In this document: in pieces, positions 52,417 to 64,000 of the stretch
How positions within the stretch are numbered: the first letter of the stretch is position 1
Layout of the letters: every line of letters begins with the position of its first letter
Origin: Mobula hypostoma
Lineage: Eukaryota
NCBI RefSeq assembly: GCF_963921235.1
Contig: NC_086097.1
Coordinates: 186,436,001-186,500,000, forward strand
Direction of reading: 5' to 3'
DNA: 64,000 nt
Made by a program: the position numbers and the translations under genes
The notes under the pieces: model-generated
Databases searched by the model: none
What the model was told of the DNA's origin: nothing
What the model saw: only the letters and a program-made list of their open reading frames with translations

Positions 52417-53004
52417 CAGGGTGTTGAAGGAAGGTGGATGAATTGTTGTTCCACAATCTTTACATGGTACCAATTATAGCCCTGTATGTGGTAAGATTTT
52501 TTTTTTTGTTTATAAGATGTATATCTACTGCACTTGAAAAGTTATTAGTGAAATATTAGTACTTGGGCTTGTATGTCCTTCCTTGAGAATTTTTAAATGT
52601 AACTTTAAAAGTTATTACACATTGTGTTAAATGCTATCAAGAAAACTACAACTAGGGGTAATTGAAGATATTATTTGAAGTCTTTAATGATTGCTTTTGT
52701 TACATCCTTCAATCTGGTAACTAAGTAGATTTTGCTGATAGTGTAATGTTTCGTAATACAGGATAACTATTTCTAAAATATTTCTTTAGAGTATTCTATA
52801 GAGTTATATTTGAAACAAATTAGTGAGTCTGAAATAGATTATCATGTGCCTTCCCTATTTCTCTCTACATTTGTGAGAAAATGGTTGAGTTTGTCACTAC
52901 TTACTTATATATTCAATGTTTTATTAAGTATGTTGACTATGTGGGGGGTGGGGTTAGATTATTTTCAGATTACTGAGGGAAATCTGTTAAGAGTAAATAC
53001 ACTG

Positions 53005-53416
53005 ACTTGACCTTCCAGAGGACCACAACCTTGCTGTGTTTGGAGGCTTCCTTGCCTCAATGACCTGGAGAGCTAGTGTATGTTGTCTGGAGTCGGGGCT
53101 TTAGGCTTTGGCTCTTGGTAGGGTCACCCATGCCAGACAGGTCAAAGGGTAGCAGACAGACTAATACTGGTCCTCTAGGATTAGGGCTAACAACCTGTCT
53201 GGTCAAGAAAAATTGTTACGGAAATAGCAATGAAGAATCATTCTACATCTAAGTGTGACAGTATTCCTGAGTCTCCACATAGGACTTGCATGACTGACAG
53301 TAGTGAAAACCAAGAGCAGGTACTGACATGAGGAAGGGAGCCCTGAACATGACCAGAGAAGGAGGACGTTCATTGCTGCAATAAATGCTAGTGGTGTAAT
53401 CGGCAGTAAGTAAGTA
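53005..53416 (+). mobile_element. RTE-derived non-autonomous element
   Basis: RTE-like 5' region (GGACCACAACCTTG..GGGTCACCCATG) joined to a short 3' end with a (TAAG)n tail. Confidence 0.5.
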
Positions 53417-53499
53417 CCATATTTCCTCAGCCTTTTTTGTTCCTGGGCATTGGTGTTTCCATACCAGGCTGTGATGCAACCAGGTATACTCTCCACTGA

Positions 53500-56400
53500 G
53501 TAACTGCAAATTTGCTGATACAGTTTACCACATTATCATTATTATCAGCGATTTGGATGATGAACAACAATGGACCCAGTACTGATCTCTGGGGCACACC
53601 ACTGGTCACACACCTCTAGTCAAAGAGGTAATCATCTACTACCACTCTCTGGTTCTCCTGCAAAGCCAATGTCTAATCCAATTTACCAAATCGTTTTGAA
53701 TACCAGCGATTGAATCTTCTTGACCAACCTCCCATGCAGGATCTTGTCAAATGCCTTGCTTGAAGCCATGATAACACCCACTGTCATGCCTTCATCAACT
53801 CTCCTAGTAACTTCCTCAAAGCTCTATTAAGATCAGTCTGATATAACCTACCATGCACAAAGTCATATTGACTATCCCTAATCAGTCTATGCTTATCTAA
53901 AGACTTATAAATCCAGTCCCTTGGAATACCTTCCAATAACTTTTCCACTGCTGGTGTTAGGGTCACTGGCCTATAATTTCCTGCTTTACTCTTAGTCTTA
54001 CTTAAACAGCCAAACAACATTAGCTATCCTTTGGCAGCTCACCCATAACTAAAAATGATTTAAATATCTCTGCTAGCGTCCTTGCAATTTCTGCATTAGC
54101 CTCTCACAGAATCCAGAGGAACATTTTGTCAGGTCCTGAGTATTTATTCACCCTCATTTGCCTCAGACAGCAAACACCTTCTCCTCTGTAATCTGTCTGG
54201 GGTCCATGACCTCACTGTGGCTTTGCCTCACTTGTGTAGTCTCTGTCCATCTCCTTACTAAATAGAGATCCATTTCAGATCTCCCCCATCCCTTTCAGTT
54301 CCATGCATAGGTTACTACACTGATCTTGCAAAGGACCTATTTTGTTCCTTGCTATCCTTTTGCCCATAATACAGTGGATTCTGGTTAATCGGGGCCGCCA
54401 CTTATTTAGGCCGACTCATAAAGAACAAAGACAAATAGAGAAAATAACTGGGATTCCCTTGGTTTATTTGGGACTCCGTGCAAATTAATTGGGACAGGAG
54501 ACCATTGCCGAACAATTTCTAACTAGCATCAATCGCATGCACTTGTGTGCTTGTTAGACACTACACCATGCTTAGTGCAAACAGTTTATCTTTTAAAAAA
54601 AGTGGTGTGTGTTTGTGTTCAAAAAGCAATGATTTTTGATAGTTTGGAGATGTTGGAAACAGCTAGCAATGAAAAGGAAGTTAAGAACTGTGAAGAATTT
54701 GAAGGTGTCAACAGTCTTCTGGAATGTTACAATGAAAATGAATTGGAGGGTGCAATCATCAAAAGGATTGTATGAAAACAGTCCATTATCTACACAGTTG
54801 TCTGTGCTGATTTTGTTTCTTTATTTTCAAGCAAAAGAACATGGCAGCCATACATTCGGGTCTCACCTGTGGACCTGGAGCTGCTTGTATGTGACAGCAG
54901 ACACACCCCAGTCCATCATTTCAACAAGTAGCTAAACCAGGCGAGAGTTGCCAGCGGGCCGCGTACTGCGGTGAGATAGGGACACGCCTGTTCTAGCATG
55001 TGGCAGACTGAGCAGGTGAGATCTACCGTGAGAGCCAACAGCCAGGAAGGCAGTTCTGCAGTGCTCTGTGGAGAGTGAAGGAAAAGATGAGGTGCAGGAG
55101 AAGTCATCGTCCAGCATTAATCAAGGAAGACCCCAGTTGTGACTATCATCGTACCACAATACCAAATTTCTGAGGTTAAGAGTATATCTGGCACAGTGCA
55201 ATGGCATTTTCACTTTAAAAATTCTCTCACACAGGTTTCCTGTCCTCGTCAGATATGACTGACAACCACCAAACCAATTATACTAGAGCAGTTTTGTATT
55301 ACTGTAGCAGTATAGATAGTGTTCTAATTTTTCTCTATTTCATTTAAATACATAACTTGTTACTCAGTTAAATGATAGATTATTTTTTTTAGTACCATTT
55401 TATCACTTTCCTTGAAATTTCAACTAATTGGGGCAGCCACTTAATTGGGCCAGACTGTACTGGTCCTGATGTGTCCCAATTAACTGGAATTCTCTGCAGA
55501 AACCCTTAGGATTCTCCTTCACCTTGTCTGCTAGATCAACCTCATGGTTCCATTTAGCCCTCCTGATTTCCTCAAGTGTCCTTTTGTATTTCTTGTATTC
55601 CTCATTAACCTCAATTGTTCATACCTGTACCTCCTTTTTCTTAACCATGACCTCAATATCTCTTGAAAACCAAGGTTCCTTGTGTTTTATTCTGACAGGA
55701 ACATGTAAACTCTGTACTCTCAAAGTTTCACTTTTGAGACCTCCCACTTACCAAGTAAAACTTTGCTAGAAAACAGCCTGTCCCAATCTACACATGCCAA
55801 ATCTTTTCTAATACCATCAAAATTAGCTTTTCTCCAATTTAGAATCTCAACTTGAGGGCCAGACCTATTCTTTTCCACAATTATCTTGAAACTAATGGCA
55901 TTACGATCACTGGAGATAGTGTTCTCCTACACAAATCTCTGTCACCTGCCCTGTCTCATTCCCTAATAAGAAATCTAGTATCTTACTCACTCAAGTTGGA
56001 ACCTCTAAACACTGATTAAGAAAACTGTCAAACGTGCTCAACAAAAACTCTTTCCAAGCAGCCTTTTTACAGTATGGGAGTACCAGTCTATATATGGAAA
56101 GCTAAAATCACCTACTAACACAACCTTGTGTTTCTTGCAACAGTTTGCGATATCTCTACAAATTTGCTCCTTTAAATCCCACGCACTATTGAGTGACCTA
56201 CAAAATAATGCCATTAACACAGTCATGCCTTCCTTATTCCTCAGTTTTACAAATAAAGCCTTGGTAGATGAGCTCGTCTGTTCTGCCTGAGAACTACTGT
56301 AACGTTTTCCCTGAGTGGCAAATCCACCCCTCCCCCTTTAATCCTTACCGCTCTATCATGTCTAAAACTTTGGCTCCCCAGGACACTGAGCTACCAGCCC

Positions 56401-57700
56401 TGCCCCTCTTGTGACCAAGTCTCACCAATGGCTACAATGTCATCATTCCATACACTGATCCATGCCCTAAGCTCTACCACCTTTCCTGGAATACTCCTTG
56501 CATTGAAATACAGTATATGGAACTCAGAACATTAGCCTCACCATGCTTGCCCTTTTGATTCCTGACTTTTTAATGTAGGCTTAACAACAACTTTCTCCAC
56601 AACCACTCCACTATCTGTTCTGTCATGCTGGTTCCCATCCCTTGCAACTCTAGTTTAAACCATCTCCCCTCCCCCTGTGCAGCTCCAGCAAACCCTGCTA
56701 CTAGGAAATTAGTCCCCCTCCAGTTCAAGAGCAAACTGTCCCTTTTGTGCAGGTCCCATCCTCCCTGGAAAAGAGCCCAATGATCCAAAAATCTAAAACC
56801 CTCCCTCCTATGCCATATCATTGGCCACATGTTAAACCATATGATCCTCGTAATTCTGGCCTCACTAGCACGTGTCACAGGTAGCAATCTTGAGATCACA
56901 ACCCTGGAGGTCCTATCCTTAACTTAGCACCTAACTCTCTAAACTCACTTCGCAGGACCTCATCACCCCTTCTGCCCATGTCATTGGTATTAATATGGAC
57001 AATGACCTCTGGCTGCTAACTCTCTCACTTAAGAATGCTGTGGACTCGATCTGAGATGTCCCTGAGGCAACATACCATCCGTGGATCTCATTCTTGTCCA
57101 CAGACCTCCATTCTATTCCCCTAAGCAATAAATCCCCTATTACTACAGCTCACCTCTTCTCCCCCTTCCTTTCTCAGCCACAGAGCCAGACTCATTGCCA
57201 GAGACCTGACTCTGTGGCTTTCTTCTGCTAAGTCATTCCCCTTCAGCAATATCCAAACCAGTATATCTGTTGCTGAGGGGAACTGCCACAGCAATACTCT
57301 GCTCTGGCCACCTATCCCCTTTTCCCCATCCTTACAGTCACCCCATGACCTGTGTCTTGCCCGTTGTGTGTAACTACTTCCTGTATGTCCTATCTATCAT
57401 CCCCCTCAGCCTCCCAAATGATCCGAACCTCATCCAGTAGCGGCTGCAATTCCTTTACACAGTCTAGTAGAAGCTGCAGCTGGCTGCACCTCTCGCAGGG
57501 GTGGATGTTAGGGACACTGGTGGTCTCCCTGCTCTCCCACATCCCAGATGAAGAGCATTCCACTGTCCTGCCATGCATCCCTACTGCTTTCAATGTGCAG
57601 AAAGAAAGGGGAAAAAAAATAACTATTCAAAAATATGCCTACTGCCTAGCCTCTCACCAAAGCTTTGATGAATCAAAGCCTCAACACCCCCGCTCTAACA
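53500..57700 (-). mobile_element. Old long CR1 LINE (ORF1, endonuclease, RT), decayed
   Basis: ORF1 (GMWESRE..PCERCSQLQLL; GFRFLDHWALF), endonuclease (VGDFSFPYIDW) and RT (GNYRPVTLT, SGVPQRSVLGP). Confidence 0.85.
54372..55496. mobile_element. Tigger/pogo-like non-autonomous DNA transposon with a nested unclassified repeat (about 54820-55270)
   Basis: Imperfect TIRs CAGTGGATTCTGGTTAATCGGGGC and GTCCCAATTAACTGGAATTCTCTG. Left flank is TA. Repeated AATTGGG subterminal motifs. Confidence 0.65.
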
Positions 57701-58286
57701 ATGGCCACTTCTCTTAAAACTAGCTTCTTTTTATTGGATCTTGGTAAGTACCTAATTTGCGCAATGCAAGGTCTCCTTAGGAACTGTGGCGTGCAAAATG
57801 TGCCAACTACACCCATTCACTTCTTTTTAACTCTCTTTCTTCCTCTATGCAACCGATATCTCCCCAGGAACCGTGGCACACAAAATGTCACAACTAACGG
57901 TGGCATGCAAAATTACTTCTAAGTTCTTGTTCAAGTCACAACTGTTCAGAGCTGGGCATAATTGTCATTCCTTCCTTGTTACAAATTTAAAGTCCAGCAG
58001 CAATTTGCTTAACAATAATTCCAGAAGACTGTTGCAATTTGAAAAGAAGTATCCCCGTAGCACAGTGTTCCAGCGTCAGTCTTCAGAATTATTAGATTCA
58101 TCTCAGTCCTAATGACCTTGTCCTGATTCCTTATTGTGAAACTACTTTCTAGTTCCAGATTCAATCTTAGAAGCAGTCTTGCAGCATTCAGAATTTTATA
58201 TCTTTCAGTAGGAAATTATAGGCATATTTTTCATTCATTTTGAAGTCTAGTTTAGCTCCACTATAAGCGTTTCAACCCAGAAATCA

Positions 58287-61200
58287 TCAGAATCAGGTAT
58301 AATATCATTGGCATATGTCATGAAATTTGTTAACTTTGTGGCAGCAGTACAATGCAATACATGATAATATTTTTAAAAACTGAATTATGGTAAGTGTATA
58401 TTTGTGTGTATAAATATGTATATATGTATGTATTGAATTGGCTTTATTACTTGCATTGTTCGTATACATGAGGAGAAAAAATCTTTACGTTATGTCTGTC
58501 TAAATGGGCAATGTGCAATTATAATAATTTATAAAAAAATATTATGTACAACAGGATAGTCAATATAACATAGAAATTCAGTTGGATCAGCATGAATTAA
58601 TCAGTCTGATGGCCTGGTGGGAGAAACTGTCCCAGAGCCTGCTAGTCCTGGCTTTTATGCTGCGGTACCTTTTCCAGATGGTAGCAGCTGGAATACTTCA
58701 TGGTTGGGGTGAGTCGGTCCCCAATGATCCTTTTTACACACCTGTCTTTGTAAATGCCCTGAATAGTGGGAAGTTCACACCTACAGATGTCCTCATCACT
58801 CTCTCCCCAGAATCCTGCAATTGAGGGAAGTACTGTTTCCATACCAGGCAGTGATGCAGCCAGTCAGGATGCTCTCAATTGTGCCCCAAGAGAAGGTTCT
58901 TAGAATTTGGGGGACCATACCAAACCTCTTCAACTGCCAAGGTGAGGGAGACGCTGTTGTGCCTTTTTCACCATAGAGCCAGTATGTACAGACCACGTGA
59001 AATCCTCAGTGATGTTTAGGCCGAGGAACTTAAAGCTGTTTACCTTCTCAACCTCAGATTCATTGATATCAATAGAAGTTAGCCTGACTCCATTCCTCCC
59101 GTAGTCCACAACCAGCTCCTTTGTTTTTGAAATATTGAGGAAGAGGTTGTTTTCTTGACACCACTGTCAGGGTACTGACTTCTTCTCTGTAGCCTGCCTC
59201 ATTATTATTTGAGATTAGGCTAATCAGTGTAGTGTCATCAGCAAAATTAATTAGCAGATTGGAGCTGTGGGTGGTGACACAGTCATGGGTATACAGAGAG
59301 TAAAGGAGGGGGCTTAGGATACAGCCCTGAGGGGCAGAGGTGAGGGAGCCCACTCTTACCACCTGCTGGTGATCTAACAGGATCCAGCTACACAAGGCTG
59401 AGGTCTCTGAGCTTCTTGTCGAGCCTGGAGGGAATTCTGGTGTTGAATGCTGAACTGTAGTCCAGGAACAGCATTCTCACATAAGCATCCCTCACCTCCA
59501 GATGTAAGGATGGCGTGTAGTGCTGTGGCTATTGTGTCATCTGTCGAATGGTTGTGTTGGTAGGCAAATTGTAGGGGATCCAGTGTGGGCAGCGCCTCAA
59601 AACATTTGTTCATCATTGAGGTGAGTGCGACAGGACACCAATTGTTCAGACATGTTACCTTGGTCGTTTTAGGTACAGGGACAACGATGGATGTTTTGAA
59701 GCAGGAGGGTACTCGACACTGGGAGAGGGAGAGATTAAAAATACATGGAAAACCTACAGCACAATACAGGCCCTTCAGCCCACAATGCTGTGCCAAACAC
59801 GTACGTACTTAGAAATTACCTAGGGTTACCCATAGCCCTCTATTTTTCTCAGTCCATGTACCTATTCAGGGGCCTCTTAAAAGTCCCTATCATAGCCGCC
59901 TCCAACACTGTCACCAGCAGACCACTCAATGCACTCTCCACTCCGTGTTTCTTTTTTTTTAAAAAAAAGCAACCATCCCCTGACATCTCCTCTGTCCCTA
60001 CTTCCAAGTACCTTAAAACTATGCTCTCTCGTGCTAGCCATTTCAGCCCTGGGGAAAAGTCTCTAACTATCCACATGATCAATGCCTCTCATCATCTTAT
60101 ACACCTCAATCAGGTCACTTCTCATCCTCCGCCGCTCCAAGGAGAAAAGACTGTGTTCACTCAACCTATTCTCATAAGGCATGCTCCCCAATCCAGGCAA
60201 CATCCTTGTAAATCTCCTCTGCACCCTTTCTATGGTTTCCACATCTTTCCTATAGTGAGGTGACCAGAACAAAGCACAGTACTCCAAGTGGGGCCTAACC
60301 AGGGTCCCATATGGTTGTAACATTACCTCTCAGCTCTTAAGCTCAATCCCATGGTTGAAGGCCAATGCACCATATGCCTTCTTAACCAGAGTCGACCTGC
60401 ACAGCAGCTTTGAGTGTCCTATGGACTCGGACCCCAAGATCCCTCTGATCCTCCACACTACCAAGAGCCTTACCATTAATACTATATTCTGCCATCATAT
60501 TTGACTTACCAAAATGAACCACCTCACACTTATCTGGGTTGAACTCCATCTGCCACTTCGCAGCCCAGTTTTGCATTCTATCGATGTCCCACTGTAACCT
60601 CCGACAGCCCTCCACACTATCCACAACACCCCCAACCTTTGTTTCATCAGCAAATTTACTAACCCTACTTCCTCATCTAGGTCATTTATAAAAATCACGA
60701 AGAGTAGGGTTCCCAGAACAGATCCCTAAGGCACACCACAGGTCACTGACCTCCATGCAGAATATGACCTGTCTACAACCACACTTTACCTTCTGTGGGC
60801 AAGCCAATTCTGAATCCACAAAGCAAGGTCCCCTTGGATCCCATGCCTCCTTACTTTCTCAATAAACCTTGCATGGGCTACCTTATCAAATGCCTTGCTG
60901 AAATCCATATACACTACATCTACTGCTCTACGTTCATCAATGTGTTTAGTCAATCCTCAAAAAATTCAATCAGGCTTGTAAGGCACAAGCTGCCTTTGAC
61001 AAAGCCATGCTGACTACTACTAATCATATTATGCCTCTCCAAATGTTCATAAATCCTGCCTCTCAGGATCTTTTCTGTCAGCTTACCAACCACGGAAGGA
61101 AGACTCACTGGTCTATAATTTCTTACCTTGAATAAGGGAACAACATCCGCAATGCTCCAATCTTCTGTTCCTCTCCCATCTCCATTGATGCTGCAAAGAT

Positions 61201-63270
61201 CATCGCGAGAGGTTCAGCAATCTCCTCCCTAACCTTCCACAGTAGCCTAGGCTACATCTCCTCTGGTCTTGGTGACTTATCCAACTTGATGCTTTCCAAA
61301 GCTCCAGCACATCCACTTTCTTAATGTCTATATGCTCAAGCTTTTCAAACCGCTCCATGTCATCCCTACAATCGCCAAGATCCTTTTCCGTAGTGAATAA
61401 TGAAGCAAAATATTCATTAATACCTCTGCTATCTCTTCTGGTTCCTTACACACTTTTCCACTGTCACACCTGATCGGTCCTATTCTGTCACATCTTATCC
61501 TCTTGCTCTTAACATACTTGTAGACTGCCTTGGGGTTTTCCTTAATGCTGCTCACCAAGGCCTTCTCATTGGCCCCTTCTGGCTCTCCTAATTTCCTTCT
61601 TCAGCCCCTTCCTGCTAGCCTTATAATCTTTTAGGTCTCTATCATTACCTAGTTTTTTGAACATTTTGTAACTTTTCTTCTTGACTAGATTTTCAACACC
61701 CTTTGTACATGGTTGCTGCACCTTACCATCCTTTCCCTGTCTTATTGGAACATGACTATGCAGAATGCCACACAAATATCCCTGAACATTTGCCACATTT
61801 CTGCTGTACGTTTCCCTGAGAACAACTGTTCCCAATTTATGCTTCCAAGTTCCTGCCTGAGAGCTTCATATTTCCCCTTACTCCAATTAAATGCTTTCCT
61901 AACTTGTCTGCTCCTATTCCTCTCCAATGCTATGGTAAAGGAGATAGAATTGTGATCACTATTTCCAAAATGCTCTCCCACTGAGAGATCTGACACCTGA
62001 CCAGGTTCATTTCCCAATACCAGATCAAGTACAGCCTCTCCTCTGGTAGGCTTATCTACATGTTGTGTCAGGCAACCTTCCTCAACGCACCTAACAAACT
62101 CCACCCCATCTAAACCCCTTGCTCTAGGGAGATGCCAATCAATATGGGGTAATTAAAATCTCCCACCAGGACAACCCTGCTATTATTACACCTTTCCAGA
62201 ATCTGTCTCCCTATCTGCTCCTCTATGTCCCTGTTAATATTGAGTGGTCTACAAAAAAAAACACCCACTAGAGTTATTGACCTCTTCCTGTTTCTAACTT
62301 CCAACCACAGAGACTTAGTAGACAATCCCTCCATGACTTCCTCCTTTTCTGCATACGTACATACAAATATATACCTGTATCTATATATGTGTAGTAAGTA
62401 ATTAAATTAGGCAGTGCAAAAACAGAAATTTTAAAAAAGTTATGAGGTAGTGTCCATTTAGAAATCAGATGACATAGGGGAAGGAGCTATTCTTGCATCA
62501 CTGAGTGTATGCCTTCAAGCTTCTGTACCTCCTTCATGGTGGTAACAATGAGAGTAGGGCATGTCCTGGGTGGTGGGGATCCTTGATGATGGAAGCTGCT
62601 TTTCTGAGGCACAGCTCCTTGAAGATGCCTCTGTAGTATCCAAGACTCTTACCCATGATAGAGGTCAATAATTTTATAACTCTCTGCATCTTATTTCGAT
62701 CCTGTGCAGTAGTCACCCTCCACCCCCATACCAGACAGTGATGCAACTAGTCAAAATGCTTCTGTAGAAGTTTTCGAGTGTTTTAGGTGACAAAAAAAAT
62801 CTTTTCAATCTCTGAATGAAATATAGCTGCTGTTTTACTTTCTTTATCGCTGCATCAATATGTTGGGACGAGGTTAGATCCGAAGAGATCTAGACACCCA
62901 GGAACTTGAAATTGCTCTCTCTCTCTCTCCACTTCTGATCCCTCTGAGGATTGTTTTGTGTTCCCCCATCTTACCATTCCTGAATTCCACAATCAGTTCT
63001 CTGGTGTTGCTGATGTTGAGTGCAAGGTTGTTGCTGTGACGCCACTCAACTAGCTGGTATATCTCACCCCTGTATGTCCTTTCATCACCATCTGAGATTC
63101 TGCTGACAATAGTTAGATGGCATTTGAGCAGTGTGTCTAACCACTCAGTCATGGGTATAGACAGAATAGAGCAGTGGGCTAAGCATACATCCCTGAGGTG
63201 TGCCAATGATGATTTCTTTTTCAGTGAGGTGGAGATGTTATTACTAATCTTTACAGATTGTGGCCTTCAG
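58287..63270 (-). mobile_element. Rex1/Babar-like LINE (58287-58430 and about 62355-63270) interrupted by a second Rex-like LINE (about 58431-59742) and a CR1
   Basis: Two different 3' tails (TCAGAA type and TTGAA type). RT motifs APQGCILSPLLYSLYTHDC, NFADDTT and NNLALNISNTRELIVEF. Confidence 0.75.
59745..62352 (-). mobile_element. CR1 LINE, ORF2 from endonuclease to 3' end
   Basis: VGDFNYP, LDLVLGNEPGQV, NSDHN and LVRPHLEYCALFWSPHYRKD. Confidence 0.9.
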
Positions 63271-64000
63271 ATTAGCGTTGCCCCCAGCCAAATTAGTTTA
63301 AACCCACCTGAACAACTCTAGCCAACCTGCTTGCCAGAATACTGAACCCCCTTTTTGTACAAGTCATACCTTCCCCAGAAGAGATCCCAAAGATCCATAA
63401 ATCTGAACCCCTGCCCCCTGCACCTGTTCCTCAGCAAAGCATTCACCTGCCAAATATTGTATTCTTGCCCTCACTGGCATGTGGCACAGGCAGCAATCAA
63501 GAAATTACCACACTGGAGGTCCTGTTTCTCTGCTTTCTACCTAGCTCCCTCTCTTCAAGACCTCCTTGCCTTGACTATCAATGTCACTGGTGCCAATATA
63601 CGCCAAGGCCAATAATTCTGGCTGCTCACTCTTGCCTTTGAGAATGCCATGGTCAAGATCTGACACCACCCTGATCCTGGCACCTGGGAGTAACATACCA
63701 TCCAGATGTCTCTATCATGCCCACGGAACCTTGTCTCTGTTCCTCCAACTAAGAAATCTCCTATCAACACTGCAGTCCTCTTCACCTCTCTGCTCTTCTG
63801 AGCTACAGCACCAGACTCTGGGTCAGAGACCTAGGTATTGTGTCTCCTCCCAGTAGATCGTCCCTCTGGATAGTATCTAAAGTTGTATACTTATTATTGT
63901 GGGGAATGGCCACAGGTGTACTCTGCACTGGCTGTGCATTTCCCATCCTTCTCCTGATAATCACCCAGTTACCTCTCGACAGGGTAAATATCCACAGGGA
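63270..64000 (-). mobile_element. CR1 ORF1 (esterase-like) remnant, running off the window
   Basis: AVLIGDFLVGGTETRFRGHDRDIWMVCY, homologous to ORF1 at 45890-46397. Confidence 0.75.

Overview
Repeat-dominated vertebrate genomic DNA, most likely from a cartilaginous fish such as a ray or shark (inferred from HE1/V-SINE-like and CR1/HER1-like elements and the Penelope and Gypsy families present). I found no intact, recognisable host gene, and nearly all listed ORFs are transposon fragments or their antisense shadows. The window holds CR1 LINEs (one near full length at 45112-49371), Rex1/Babar-like LINEs, two 5'-inverted L1-clade insertions, a Nimb/I-clade insertion, several Penelope-like elements carrying minimal hammerhead ribozymes, Gypsy LTR elements and solo LTRs, SINEs and a Tigger-like DNA element. 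The most notable structure is at 13.1-17.3 kb. There a K02A2.6-like Gypsy element has its internal pol region replaced by an intron-less fragment of the splicing-factor gene RBM25, which a second LTR element later interrupted. Other points are one hammerhead ribozyme with an intact core, clear twin-priming L1 structures, a possible self-priming signature in an LTR family, and a weak chain of candidate + strand exons that I could not identify. Boundaries without a stated TSD are approximate, and family assignments come from motif recognition, not database searches.
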